DNA of 60,532 nucleotides from Acidobacteriota bacterium (GTDB lineage Bacteria; Acidobacteriota; Thermoanaerobaculia; Thermoanaerobaculales; Sulfomarinibacteraceae), in NCBI GenBank assembly GCA_022340775.1, contig JAJDNH010000166.1, positions 1 to 60,532 of the forward strand, in the 5' to 3' direction. A program made the position numbers and the translations under genes. Of the stretch, positions 18,191-28,242 are shown one piece after another. The stretch's first letter is position 1. Every line of letters starts with the position of its first letter. The notes beneath the pieces were generated by a model. That model had not been told where the DNA came from. It saw only the letters and a program-made list of their open reading frames with translations, and searched no databases.

Positions 18191-20398
18191 ATGCCGAAGA
18201 CCACCAAGACACTCACCGGAGAGCGACTCAAGGCGATGCAGAAGACGCGCTCGCAGCTGCTGGCGCGCGGCTTCGCCAGCCAGCTCTCCAAGACCAAGGC
18301 GCTGCAGGCCGAGCTCGGATTCTCCGGCATCACGCACTGGGAAGAGCTGGCCTGCGTGGGCTACAACCCACAGCTGTCCCAGCTCGAGGCTGTGGTGCAG
18401 ATCAAGCAGCCGAGCGGCTACTCCGGCGGCCCGTGCACCAACGGCTCGACCGAATACGTTCGCTTCTTCGTCGACTGGGGTGACGGTGACGGGTTCCAGA
18501 ACGTTGGCCTGACCAGCCTCAAGGCCTACGACATCTCCGACACCCCGCCGGGGCCGCAGCACCCGCTCTCACAGATGGTGTTCCTGCAGCTCGACGACGA
18601 CGCACATCGTTTCTGGTGCTCCCAGCCGATCCTGCCCACCGTTCGCGCGGTCCTCGGATGGAACGAGATCCCTTCGCTCGACCCCAACGAGCTGCCGCAC
18701 TACGGCAACGCCATCGACGCCGACATCCAGCTCGAGCCGAGGTCCTGGACCGTCCTGGGCCTGGTCGAAACCGGCCTGATCCAGACCAAGCTGGCACTCG
18801 AGGGGCTGGAGCTCGAGGCCGAGCTGCCGAAGCCGAAGCCCAAGCCGGTTGCGTGGAGCGCCCTCAAGAAGGCGTACGCCAAGGCCGAGGTGCCGGACCA
18901 CCGGCTGGTCTACGAGGCCGTCTACCCGATGGTCAATGCGGAGGCGGTGGCGCCGCTCGCAGCCTTCCAACCGGATCTCGCGTCCATCGCGGAGCTCAAG
19001 ATCGACATCGCCAAGGTGATCGACGTCCTGGCATCCGCGAAAGCCAACACCACCTATGAGGAGGTGATCTGCGCCGGGCTCAACTCCGCCGCCGACACGG
19101 TCGGCGCCGTGATCCACGTTCGCAAGCCGTCCGGCTACAGCGGCACGTTGTGCCAGAACGGCTCCAAGGAGTACGTGGCGTTCTGGGCCGACTGGAACAA
19201 CAACGGCACCTTCGACGAGTACCTCGGGACCGCCGAGGTCGAGGTTCACGACATCGGTACCATCCCGGCCGGCGGCCTCTATTACAGCGTCATGATGCCG
19301 GTCAACCTGGCGGGCCGGATCAAGAAGTGCAACGAGCCGAACATCGTCCGGATCCGCGCGGTCCTGTCGTGGGCCGTCACACCGTCGACCACCGACCCCA
19401 ACGCCCTCAACTACTGGGGCAACCGGATCGACCGGCTGGTCCGGATCCGTCACTCGACGGCACCACAGGGCACCGGCCTGATGGACCTGCTCTACTTCGT
19501 CGGCAACGTACCGGTCGAGAACATCGACCCGACCACCCACCTCGCCAACCCGTCCTCCGGCCTGCTCAACCCCAACAACTGCTCTCAGCCGGCCATGGAC
19601 CGCCCGTTCGGTGGGAGCGTCTCGATCAAGGGCCGGATCTACAACACCGGCCCGGCCGGCAACGTCCACTACCAGGTCCAGTACCGGCCGCACGCCGGCG
19701 GCTCGTGGGCGCCCGTGGCCACATCGGTCACCTTCCGCCTGGCCCATCCTAACCCCTTCGACCCGCTGTACCCCCACGAGATCAAGACGGTGATCAGCCC
19801 TGACGGCTGGTTCCCCTACCTCGAGGACATGACCGTCTCGCCGCCGATCTTCGAGGAGCGAGCGCTGCTCGCCGTGTGGAGCACGGGCTCGCTGGAGGGC
19901 CACTACGACCTCCGCCTCATCTACACGGATGACGACCCCTACGATCCCTCGGCCGTGATCCACGCCTCCGACATCGTGACCATCGTCCTCGACAACACGA
20001 ACTTCACCGTCAACCCGGTTGCGACTAACGCCGTGGACACCGGCTACGCCCTCGACCTCGTGATCGACGGCGGCGACTGCCACAGCTACGCGCAGAACGC
20101 CACCATCCACGGCCACCTGCGGGCCCGCGACAAGCACTTCTGGAGGTGGGTGCTCGAGCTGCAGCCAACGACCCACACCCACGGCCTCCAGGCCTCGCCA
20201 AGGTGCAAGAGCTATGGCTCGCTGTCAGACCAGGGGCCGACCAACGACGCCTGGCAGCTCGCCATCACCCAGGGCACGGCCAAGCTCGACAAGTGCGGGT
20301 ACACGCTCACCCTGTGGGCCTACGACCGCACGATCGTCAACAGCAACGGCGCCATCGTCCACTGGGCCAAGAAGGCGGTGGGCTTCTCGGTCATCTGA
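18191..20398 (+). CDS. Large uncharacterised Cys-containing protein with duplicated N-terminal domain
   Basis: 735 aa; repeat EE..C.G.N...K.PSGYSG..C.NGS.EYV.F..DW occurs twice; strong GC3 bias. Confidence 0.85.
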   Translation: MPKTTKTLTGERLKAMQKTRSQLLARGFASQLSKTKALQAELGFSGITHWEELACVGYNPQLSQLEAVVQIKQPSGYSGGPCTNGSTEYVRFFVDWGDGDGFQNVGLTSLKAYDISDTPPGPQHPLSQMVFLQLDDDAHRFWCSQPILPTVRAVLGWNEIPSLDPNELPHYGNAIDADIQLEPRSWTVLGLVETGLIQTKLALEGLELEAELPKPKPKPVAWSALKKAYAKAEVPDHRLVYEAVYPMVNAEAVAPLAAFQPDLASIAELKIDIAKVIDVLASAKANTTYEEVICAGLNSAADTVGAVIHVRKPSGYSGTLCQNGSKEYVAFWADWNNNGTFDEYLGTAEVEVHDIGTIPAGGLYYSVMMPVNLAGRIKKCNEPNIVRIRAVLSWAVTPSTTDPNALNYWGNRIDRLVRIRHSTAPQGTGLMDLLYFVGNVPVENIDPTTHLANPSSGLLNPNNCSQPAMDRPFGGSVSIKGRIYNTGPAGNVHYQVQYRPHAGGSWAPVATSVTFRLAHPNPFDPLYPHEIKTVISPDGWFPYLEDMTVSPPIFEERALLAVWSTGSLEGHYDLRLIYTDDDPYDPSAVIHASDIVTIVLDNTNFTVNPVATNAVDTGYALDLVIDGGDCHSYAQNATIHGHLRARDKHFWRWVLELQPTTHTHGLQASPRCKSYGSLSDQGPTNDAWQLAITQGTAKLDKCGYTLTLWAYDRTIVNSNGAIVHWAKKAVGFSVI

Positions 20399-20412
20399 TC
20401 AACCAGAGCGCG

Positions 20413-20441
20413 ACGGCGGGCCGGCCCGGCCGGCCCGCCGT
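20413..20441. terminator. Rho-independent terminator hairpin between convergent genes
   Basis: ACGGCGGGCCGGCC-C-GGCCGGCCCGCCGT followed by a pyrimidine-rich tract. Confidence 0.8.
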
Positions 20442-20487
20442 TTCCCTCCTTTGCCAAGAGCCCTCTGGAACACCTCAAGCTGCCCGC

Positions 20488-21825
20488 TCAGCCTCCCGCG
20501 GGCGGCGCAGTCAGCAGCGCGATCATCGCGCGGGTCGCCTCGCCGGCCGTCCGGAAGTCGCGGCATGTCTCGGCCAGAAGAGCGCGCTCCTCGGCAGCCG
20601 GCACTGCGCGCATGACCTCGTTGATGTGGTAGTCAGGCGCGGTCTCGACGTCATAGGACGGATCCTCGGTAAGGTGGGGGCCGAAGGCCTTGACCACGGC
20701 GGCTGAGAGCGCAGGGGCGTGGGCCGCGGATAGGGCCATCACCGCGCTCGCCATCGCGCTCGGGTCGTCGGCCGGCAGGCCTGGTCCCGAGCTTGACAAG
20801 CACCGGGCGAGATCGGCATACGGCTTCGCATCCTCGACGTAGGACTTCTGCAGGGTGTAGGCTGCAAAGTCCTCGTACAGGAAGTGTCGGTTCTCGACCA
20901 GCTGGGTGGCCCGCGCCTGCATTGCAGCTTTGTGGAAGGACAGGATGTAGCGCAGGTAGTAGCCAACGCCCGCGCCGGGAAACGCTCGCGTGTGGTACGG
21001 CTGGGCAAGATCCTGGACGTAGTGGAGGGCCCAGGCGCCGAACCGCCAGCCCCAGTACGCGTGCCCGGTCCGGAACGCGAAGCGGGCAAGACGGGTGAAC
21101 AGGTCGATGCGCTCGAGCGGCATGCCGTCGGCGAGCTTGGGGACGAAGGTGCGGACGAGCCACGGCTCGTGGACGAACTTCATGTGGAATGCCGCCTGGC
21201 TGGAGACGCCCATCGATTTGCCGTACGGCTCGGTGCCGTAGCCGTACTCGGGGTGGCTCCACAGGTCGCGGTCCATCCCCCAGTCCGGCTCGTCGGAGTA
21301 GGTCCGCAGAATCTCGCCGACGCTCAGCATCGAGCCGGGTGGCGCCGCGACGAAGTCCTTCTGCAGGGGCGGATGCGGCTTCAGGTACGCCGAGACGTCC
21401 TTCAGGGGAAGGACGTGATCCGCCCGCGGCTCGGATGGCAGCAGGCGCAGCACGTAGGGCACCTTGGTCGCAGGGTTGAGGCGCAGAGCGGCCAGGAGCT
21501 CGGCGCGGGTCGGGGTCGCGGGATCGCAGCTCCGACGCACGTGCCGGCCCGGCACCCCGTGGAGGTCGAGCCAGTCGTAATAAGCCGCAATCTCGCCGGC
21601 CAGGCCGGACCCCTCGGCCTCCAGGAAACTCTCGAGGGACTCGACCTCCACCTGCTGCCCAGAAACCGCCTTCTCCGCCGGCGTCTGCAACGCACGGTCG
21701 GTCACCAGGTCGTGGCACTCCCATGCGCCGGCAGGGCTCGGCCAGAGAAGAGCCAGGGCAAGCGCCAAGCCGGTCGCACCCGCACCTGCAGCCAACCTGA
21801 AGGCGGAACAGAGCCCCCTTCTCAC
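20488..21825 (-). CDS. Secreted zinc-dependent phospholipase C / S1-P1 nuclease fold protein
   Basis: Mature N-terminus W-x-x-H after AxA cleavage site; DEPD, FH, HYVQDLAQPYH, H-x-x-x-E. Confidence 0.75.
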   Translation of the reverse strand: MRRGLCSAFRLAAGAGATGLALALALLWPSPAGAWECHDLVTDRALQTPAEKAVSGQQVEVESLESFLEAEGSGLAGEIAAYYDWLDLHGVPGRHVRRSCDPATPTRAELLAALRLNPATKVPYVLRLLPSEPRADHVLPLKDVSAYLKPHPPLQKDFVAAPPGSMLSVGEILRTYSDEPDWGMDRDLWSHPEYGYGTEPYGKSMGVSSQAAFHMKFVHEPWLVRTFVPKLADGMPLERIDLFTRLARFAFRTGHAYWGWRFGAWALHYVQDLAQPYHTRAFPGAGVGYYLRYILSFHKAAMQARATQLVENRHFLYEDFAAYTLQKSYVEDAKPYADLARCLSSSGPGLPADDPSAMASAVMALSAAHAPALSAAVVKAFGPHLTEDPSYDVETAPDYHINEVMRAVPAAEERALLAETCRDFRTAGEATRAMIALLTAPPAGG

Positions 21826-22000
21826 GCCGCGAGCGTAGCACTCTAAACCCCGGCCCGGATCACCCGCCCGCGATCTGCCGGCCAATCTCGCTGCGATCGC
21901 TCTTGTATCATCCAGGCTAAGAGTGGGTTGGGAATCAACCCGGGTGCCCGCGCCTTGGAAGCTGAGGAAACCATCCCAGGCCGCGAGCAAGGAGCGCGTC

Positions 22001-22945
22001 ATGCCGAAGATCGCCGTCGTCCAGCACCCCCCGATTCTGCTGAACCGAGCTGCCACCCTCGAACGAGCCGTTGGGCTCGCCGAGGAAGCAGCCACCGCCG
22101 GCGCCGAGCTGATCGTCTTCCCCGAGACGTTCGTCCCCGGCTACCCGACCTGGATGTGGCGCCTGCGCCCCGGCAGCGACATCAGGCTGACCGAGCAGAT
22201 CCACGCTCGGTTGGTCGCTAACGCGGTTGACCTTTCCGCGGACGATCTCGCGCCGCTGCGAGCTGCCGCCAGGAAGCACGGGGTTCACGTCCTGTGCGGG
22301 ATCGACGAGCGCGACGACCGGCTGAGCCGTTCGACGCTCTACAACACCTACGTCACGATCGGACCCGACGGGGAGGTCCGCAACCGGCACCGGAAGCTGA
22401 TGCCCACCAACCCCGAGCGGATGGTGTGGGGCTTCGGCGATGCGTCCGGGCTGCGCGTGCTCGACAGTCCGTGCGGCCGGCTCGGCGCCCTCATCTGCTG
22501 GGAGAACTACATGCCGCTGGCGCGCTACGCGCTGTACGCCCAGGGCGTCGAGCTGTACGTGGCGCCGACGTGGGACTGCGGCGACGGCTGGATCGGCAGC
22601 ATGCAGCACATCGCCCGGGAGGGCCGGTGCTGGGTCGTCGGCTCCGGCACGTCACTGCAGGGATCCGACATACCCGCCGACTTTCCGGGGCGCGACCAGC
22701 TGTACACGGACGAAGACGAGTGGATCAACCAGGGCGACTCGGTGGTTGTCGAGCCGGGTGGAAAGCTCGCCGCAGGGCCGCTGCGGAAGGAGCACGGCAT
22801 CGTGTACGCCGACGTCGAGCCGGCGCGGGTCGCGGCGGCGCGGCGGAGCCTCGACGTGGCCGGCCACTACTCTCGCCCGGACGTCTTCCAGCTCACGGTG
22901 CGGACCTCGCCGCAGACACCGTTCGCGCTCGACAACGACAGCTGA
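22001..22945 (+). CDS. Nitrilase (carbon-nitrogen hydrolase family)
   Basis: FPETFVPGYP, HRKLMPT..ER, LICWENYMP catalytic E-K-C. Confidence 0.93.
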   Translation: MPKIAVVQHPPILLNRAATLERAVGLAEEAATAGAELIVFPETFVPGYPTWMWRLRPGSDIRLTEQIHARLVANAVDLSADDLAPLRAAARKHGVHVLCGIDERDDRLSRSTLYNTYVTIGPDGEVRNRHRKLMPTNPERMVWGFGDASGLRVLDSPCGRLGALICWENYMPLARYALYAQGVELYVAPTWDCGDGWIGSMQHIAREGRCWVVGSGTSLQGSDIPADFPGRDQLYTDEDEWINQGDSVVVEPGGKLAAGPLRKEHGIVYADVEPARVAAARRSLDVAGHYSRPDVFQLTVRTSPQTPFALDNDS

Positions 22946-23051
22946 GCAGCCGAGCGGACACGGCCCGCAGCGGGCGCCGACGGGCCGCCTTGGTATCGTT
23001 GGAGCGGGCCACCATGCTGAGACCGCTGCACCGGTTCACGAAAGAGGCCGC

Positions 23052-24362
23052 GTGACGATCGCCCGCAGGATTGCCGACGCTCTGATGCGCGACCGGCGCC
23101 GGCTCGCTGCAGCGCTGATGATCGCAGCCTTCATCCCGATCGGCGTCTATCTCACGCGCCACTCGTCGGGCCAGCCCGCAGTGTCGTGGATGAACATCTA
23201 CGCCCCGCAGGACTTCACCAGCGCCAGCTCCCTGTGGAGGTTCCTCAGGGACCTGGGGGTGCCGATCCCGCCCGTGATCGCTACCGCGGAGATCCTCGAC
23301 GTTCTCCACACCGGCAACGCTACCTTCGTGACCGGCTTCCTCTATCGCGCGGCACTGGTCGGCGTGTACGTCGTTGCCATCCTCCTATCGGGGCCGTCGC
23401 CCCCGCGGATGGCCGCCGCCTTCCTGCTGTCCATTCTCTTTCTTTGGGCAACCACCATCGTGCACCGCGGCAACCCCCAGACCTACGACATCTTCTTTCC
23501 GCTGTTCGTCCTCCTGTTCGTGGCTCTCTTGCTGCTGGGGTCGAAGGCGGAATCGAGGACGAGGACGGCCTGCCTGCTCGTGTCCTCGGGGTTCTTCCTG
23601 TCGATGGCCGAGCTGGCGCGTCCGTTCTTCCTGTTCCTTCTGCCTCTGCCTTTGGCGTATGCGTACTTCTTGCTGCGTCGCAAGGGTCGGCGCTCCCTGC
23701 TCTGGGTGCTGGCTCCGGTTCTTCTGCTTTCCGGTTCCTGGCACGCGTACATCCTGGCCGCGCACGGGCAGGTGACGTGGACCAACCACGGCGGCTTCAA
23801 CCTCTACCACGTGTGGAAGGACGAGCCTGAGTTCCAGGTGCCGAAGCTCGTCAACGAGATCCACGCGGCTCCCCTGGCGCCCGGCAGGTGGGCAAACCTC
23901 AACACGCCCGAGCACACGGAGAACAGCAGGCGCCTGGCGCGGGCCGTTGCCGGCTACGTGCTGCGTCACCCGGTGCGGAGCGCCGTCCACGTGTTGCAGC
24001 GGTTCGGGGAGGTCGTCGTCAACGTACCCACGCGAACCTATGGCTACAACCCACAGGATGCGATCCTCGAGCCGTACCGGCTGCTGGTGCAAATCTGCTT
24101 CGCGCTCTCCCTGTGTGGCGCAGCCCTCATTCTGGGTGGAATGCTGCGAGACCGGAAGAGGATCCCTTCTCTGCTGGGTTCTCCCGATGTACTCCTGGTC
24201 CTGGTGGGCCTCGCGACGCTCACCGTGCTGACGGTCGGCGAGCGCTACGAAGAGGCCCGTTTCCTGGTCACCGTTCTCCCGTTCTGGGCCGCGGTGCCGC
24301 TGCCGAGGCTGCGCTGGATCAGCTCGGGCTCGACCCGTGCCTCTTCATCTCCGAGCTCATGA
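23052..24362 (+). CDS. Multi-pass membrane protein, GT-C glycosyltransferase-like
   Basis: Multiple TM helices, ELARP, GGFNLY loop, C-terminal EARF. Confidence 0.6.
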   Translation: MTIARRIADALMRDRRRLAAALMIAAFIPIGVYLTRHSSGQPAVSWMNIYAPQDFTSASSLWRFLRDLGVPIPPVIATAEILDVLHTGNATFVTGFLYRAALVGVYVVAILLSGPSPPRMAAAFLLSILFLWATTIVHRGNPQTYDIFFPLFVLLFVALLLLGSKAESRTRTACLLVSSGFFLSMAELARPFFLFLLPLPLAYAYFLLRRKGRRSLLWVLAPVLLLSGSWHAYILAAHGQVTWTNHGGFNLYHVWKDEPEFQVPKLVNEIHAAPLAPGRWANLNTPEHTENSRRLARAVAGYVLRHPVRSAVHVLQRFGEVVVNVPTRTYGYNPQDAILEPYRLLVQICFALSLCGAALILGGMLRDRKRIPSLLGSPDVLLVLVGLATLTVLTVGERYEEARFLVTVLPFWAAVPLPRLRWISSGSTRASSSPSS

Positions 24363-24449
24363 ACGAGGCGCTCGATGGGGACTCCGGTACGATCGACTCT
24401 CACCGGCTGTTCTCACAAGCCGAGACGTGAGAAGAAAGCGAGACGACTC

Positions 24450-24956
24450 ATGGACGACAGCTCAACCCCCACCTACGACGGTGCCTGCACCTGTGGCGCG
24501 GTGCAATACCGGCTGACGAGCGAGCCGCTCTTCGTCCACTGCTGCCACTGTCGTTGGTGCCAGCGCGAGACCGGGTCAGCGTTCGCGATCAACGCAATGA
24601 TCGAGGCCGACCGCGTGGTCCTACTCGAGGGCGAGGTGGAGGTCGTGCCGACGCCGTCTGCCAGCGGCAAGGGCCAGAAGATCAGTCGCTGCCCGAGCTG
24701 CCGGGTCGCACTGTGGAGCAACTACGCCGGGGCGGGAGACGCAGTCCACTTCGTGCGCGTCGGCACCCTGATCGAGCCCGACCGGCTGCCTCCGGACATC
24801 CACATCTTCACGTCCTCGAAGCAACCGTGGGTTGTTCTCCCGCCTGGCGTCCCGTCCGTCCCCGAGTACTACGACCGCGACCGCTACTGGCCGCAGACCA
24901 GCCTCGAGCGCCGGCAGGCCCTGCTGGACAGGCTCGATCGCCGGTCAACGGGGTGA
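24450..24956 (+). CDS. GFA (glutathione-dependent formaldehyde-activating) family protein
   Basis: GACTCGAV, CHCRWCQR, CPSC zinc motifs. Confidence 0.92.
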   Translation: MDDSSTPTYDGACTCGAVQYRLTSEPLFVHCCHCRWCQRETGSAFAINAMIEADRVVLLEGEVEVVPTPSASGKGQKISRCPSCRVALWSNYAGAGDAVHFVRVGTLIEPDRLPPDIHIFTSSKQPWVVLPPGVPSVPEYYDRDRYWPQTSLERRQALLDRLDRRSTG

Positions 24957-25598
24957 GAACGTCAGGACACCGAGCTTCGTCTCGGCCCACGTGCATCCGG
25001 CCTGGCTGCACAGCCGATCCAACACCTCCCGAACCGGCGTCTCCTTGACCGTCAGGCTCACAACGCGGTCGTCGAGCGCCTCGTCGATCAGCACCTTCCG
25101 GTTGGTGATGCCACCAACCGTGCGAAGCACAGAGGTCAGCTTGGCCCCCTCGAGCTTGAGGTCGACTGGCTGGTCGAGTGACGCCGGCTGCTCGTGGTTC
25201 GTCTCCTTACGAGCAGCGGCGTCTTTGGCAGGGCTCACCACCAGCAGATAGTCGTCGCCGTCGCGCCTCCACGTCAGCGAGCACTCCAGGCTCTCGCAGA
25301 TGGCTCGGAGGGTGGTGCGCACCGTGACGTCACGCAGGCAGATCGTCAGCTTGCCCTCGATGCCAGGCTTCACCTTGACGTGCACTACCGGGCCTGCCGG
25401 CGAGCCCTTTCCGGGCGACGCCAGCAGCTTCCCGAAGGTCTCGAACACCTTCTGGGGGACGGCATCGCGGAGCTCGAGTGAGATGCGATGGTCGAGCGCG
25501 GGGATCGGCGGTCCCTCGCCCCCGGCTGCCGCCGGGACCGCTGTTGAGAGCGCGACACCGACTGCAACAGCAGCCACGAAGAGTCTGATCCTGGTCAT
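24945..25598 (-). CDS. Secreted protein with two STN/secretin-N-like domains
   Basis: Signal peptide; LDHRISLELRDA..LTICLRDVTVRTTL and LDQPVDLKLEGA..VSLTVKETPVREVL repeats. Confidence 0.7.
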   Translation of the reverse strand: MTRIRLFVAAVAVGVALSTAVPAAAGGEGPPIPALDHRISLELRDAVPQKVFETFGKLLASPGKGSPAGPVVHVKVKPGIEGKLTICLRDVTVRTTLRAICESLECSLTWRRDGDDYLLVVSPAKDAAARKETNHEQPASLDQPVDLKLEGAKLTSVLRTVGGITNRKVLIDEALDDRVVSLTVKETPVREVLDRLCSQAGCTWAETKLGVLTFSPR

Positions 25599-25933
25599 TG
25601 TGCTTCTCCTCTCATGACGATCATGCGTGTTTGATCGGCGTCGACGCCCGCATCGGGCCCCACGATCCAGGTGGTTCCCGTGGATGAAACGCCGACGACC
25701 AGGCCGTCTACCGAGTACACCTCGGAGGCCCGAGCTGGCGAACCAGGGCGCGGCGACAGGATCGCGAGGGTGAGCAGGCCCGCCACTGCCAACGACCCGA
25801 GCGCGATCGCTCCCACCCTTCGCTGAGGACTGCCGCCTCCCTGCCTCAACGCTCGCTCGGCCACCCGGGCGGCCATCGCGGGCGCCGGTGACAACGCCCG
25901 GCGCAGCACGGTGTCGATCTGTTCCTCGTTCAT
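25595..25933 (-). CDS. Small single-TM protein, putative anti-sigma factor
   Basis: Translationally coupled (ATGA) to both neighbours; short N-terminal helix plus one TM segment. Confidence 0.6.
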   Translation of the reverse strand: MNEEQIDTVLRRALSPAPAMAARVAERALRQGGGSPQRRVGAIALGSLAVAGLLTLAILSPRPGSPARASEVYSVDGLVVGVSSTGTTWIVGPDAGVDADQTRMIVMRGEAQ

Positions 25934-26415
25934 GGTGCACCTCCGTCGAGCGCCGCCACGAGGCGCTGTCTCGCCCGATGTACCCGCATCTTCAAGGCCG
26001 GCAGCGAAACTCCGAGCACCGAGGCGGCGTCGCGGTAGTCCATCTCGGCAACTGCCACCAGCAGGAGCGCCTCGCGGTCTCGGCGCGACAGCCGGCTTAC
26101 AGCACCGAGCACGCGCTCGAGCTCGCTACTCTGCTCGGCCCTGAGGTGCGGCTGCGGCGCCGTGACTGGGGCAGCGTGAGCCTCGAATGGTGCCAGCAGA
26201 CGCCTCCGCACGATCGCCCGTACGGCCCTCCGGCGCGCGACTGCGAACACAAACGCCTCCGGAGACCGAGGAGCTCCTTTCCGGCGCCACCGCTGCACGA
26301 GCGCGGCCAGCGCGTCCTGGGCGGCGTCCTCCGCGAGCGCGACGTCGCGGATCAGCCCGCGGCAGTACGCAATCACTCGCGGCGACAGCTCGTGGACCAC
26401 CGACTCGATCTCCAT
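25930..26415 (-). CDS. ECF RNA polymerase sigma-70 factor
   Basis: AEDAAQDA, L..RDREALLL..DAASVLGVS...LKMRVHRAR. Confidence 0.9.
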   Translation of the reverse strand: MEIESVVHELSPRVIAYCRGLIRDVALAEDAAQDALAALVQRWRRKGAPRSPEAFVFAVARRRAVRAIVRRRLLAPFEAHAAPVTAPQPHLRAEQSSELERVLGAVSRLSRRDREALLLVAVAEMDYRDAASVLGVSLPALKMRVHRARQRLVAALDGGAP

Positions 26416-26513
26416 CGCTGTCAATGTACCCGGAGTTGGCCCGCGGTCACACTTGCGCACCCTCTGGGCACCCGCACGCGTCTGCGGAATAATGCTGGAT
26501 GGGAAGGAGCCCG

Positions 26514-28226
26514 ATGGACGAAAGCGTGCGCAGGTTGCTGGCAGTTGCGCGCGGGGACGAGCCCGCCGACCTCTTGTTGGCGGGCGGAACCCTGGTCGAC
26601 GTGCTCAGCGGCGAGCTACGCCGCGCCGACGTGGCGGTCGTCGGTGACCGGATTGCGGCCGTGGGTCCCGCACGCGAGGCGCGCGAGACCGTCGATGCCG
26701 GTGGTCGCTTCCTGATGCCCGGCCTCATCGACGCCCACGTGCACCTCGAGAGCAGCCTCGTCACGCCGCTGGAGTTCGCCCGCGCCGTCGTACCCAGGGG
26801 CACGACCACCGTGATCTGCGACCCGCACGAGATCGCCAACGTGGCCGGAATGGACGGCGTGCGCTGGATCCTGGACGCGTCGGAGGACCTGCCCCTGACC
26901 GTCCTCGTGAACGCCCCGTCGTGCGTCCCCGCGAGCCACCTCGCCGGCTCCGGCGCAGCCCTCGACGCCGCCGAGCTCACCGAGCTCGGCCGTCACCCGC
27001 GCGTGCTGGGCCTGGCCGAGGTGATGAACGTGCCGGGCGCGGTCCTTGGCGACGAGACGCTGTGGGCGAAGATCGATGCGTTCCGAGGACGACCGCTCGA
27101 CGGCCACGCGCCGGGGGTGAGCGGTGGTTGGCTGCAGGCCTACGCCGCCGCGGGAATTCTCACCGACCACGAGTGCACGAGCGTGGACGAAGCTCGGGAG
27201 AAGCTGCGGCTCGGCATCAACATCCTCCTCCGGGAAGGGACCGCAGCGCGCAACCTTCTCGACCTGTTGCCCATCCTCTCGCTGCGGACGATCGATCGCT
27301 GCGCCCTGTGTACGGATGACCGTCATCCCCAAGACCTGGTCGTGCGGGGACACATCGACCACCTGGTCCGTCTCGCCGTCGGCGCCGGGCTCGAGCCCCT
27401 CGATGCTGTCCGTCTTGCAACCCGAAGCCCGGCGGGCATCTACGGCCTCCCGGACCGCGGAGCGATTGCACCAGGGCGGGTTGCGGATCTCGTCGTGTGC
27501 GACGACCTGCGCGAGCTCCGGCCTGCCGCGGTGTACGCTCGAGGGCGCCTGGCGGCACGGGCAGGCGAGCCGGCGGGAGCCTGGCCGGAGGCCGCCGAGT
27601 CGCCCCGTCTCGGCGCCCTCACGGTGAACACAGACCGTCTCGACCTCGAGATCCGGGGCCCCGACCGTCCCGTCCGCGTCATCGATGCCACGCCCGGTCA
27701 GCTGGTCACCGCCTGCGCGGCGCGTCAAATGCCGTGGCGGGATGGCCTGCTGGTGCCCGACCCCGAGGCGAGGGTCGCCAAGCTGGCCGTGATCGAGCGC
27801 CACCGGGGCAGCGGAAACATCGGCCTCGGCTTCGTGCGCGGCCTCGATCTCTCACGGGGTGCGATCGGCGGCACCGTCGCCCACGATCATCACAACCTGG
27901 TGGTGGCGGGAATGGACGACGAGAGCATGGCTACCGTTGTCCGGGCCCTGGCCGCGGCCGGCGGTGGGCTCGCTGCTGCCGTAGGGACCCGCGTGCTCGC
28001 ACTCCTCCCCCTGCCGGTCGGCGGCCTGATGACCGACCGGCCGCTGGCCGAGGTGTGCCAAGAGCTGGGCCACCTGTTCGCCGCCGCGCGCGAGCTTGGA
28101 AGCTCTCTCGAGGATCCGTTCATGCTTCTCAGCTTCCTCGCCCTGGAAGTCATCCCCGAGCTGAAGCTCACCGACCGTGGGCTCGTGGATGTCACCCGGT
28201 TCGAGATCGTGCCGCTGTACGCTTGA
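26514..28226 (+). CDS. ade: Adenine deaminase
   Basis: DAHVHLESS, DPHEIANV, LAEVMN, DGHAP, DHEC, CTDD, AHDHHN. Confidence 0.95.
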   Translation: MDESVRRLLAVARGDEPADLLLAGGTLVDVLSGELRRADVAVVGDRIAAVGPAREARETVDAGGRFLMPGLIDAHVHLESSLVTPLEFARAVVPRGTTTVICDPHEIANVAGMDGVRWILDASEDLPLTVLVNAPSCVPASHLAGSGAALDAAELTELGRHPRVLGLAEVMNVPGAVLGDETLWAKIDAFRGRPLDGHAPGVSGGWLQAYAAAGILTDHECTSVDEAREKLRLGINILLREGTAARNLLDLLPILSLRTIDRCALCTDDRHPQDLVVRGHIDHLVRLAVGAGLEPLDAVRLATRSPAGIYGLPDRGAIAPGRVADLVVCDDLRELRPAAVYARGRLAARAGEPAGAWPEAAESPRLGALTVNTDRLDLEIRGPDRPVRVIDATPGQLVTACAARQMPWRDGLLVPDPEARVAKLAVIERHRGSGNIGLGFVRGLDLSRGAIGGTVAHDHHNLVVAGMDDESMATVVRALAAAGGGLAAAVGTRVLALLPLPVGGLMTDRPLAEVCQELGHLFAAARELGSSLEDPFMLLSFLALEVIPELKLTDRGLVDVTRFEIVPLYA

Positions 28227-28242
28227 GGGAACCGGAGGTCTG

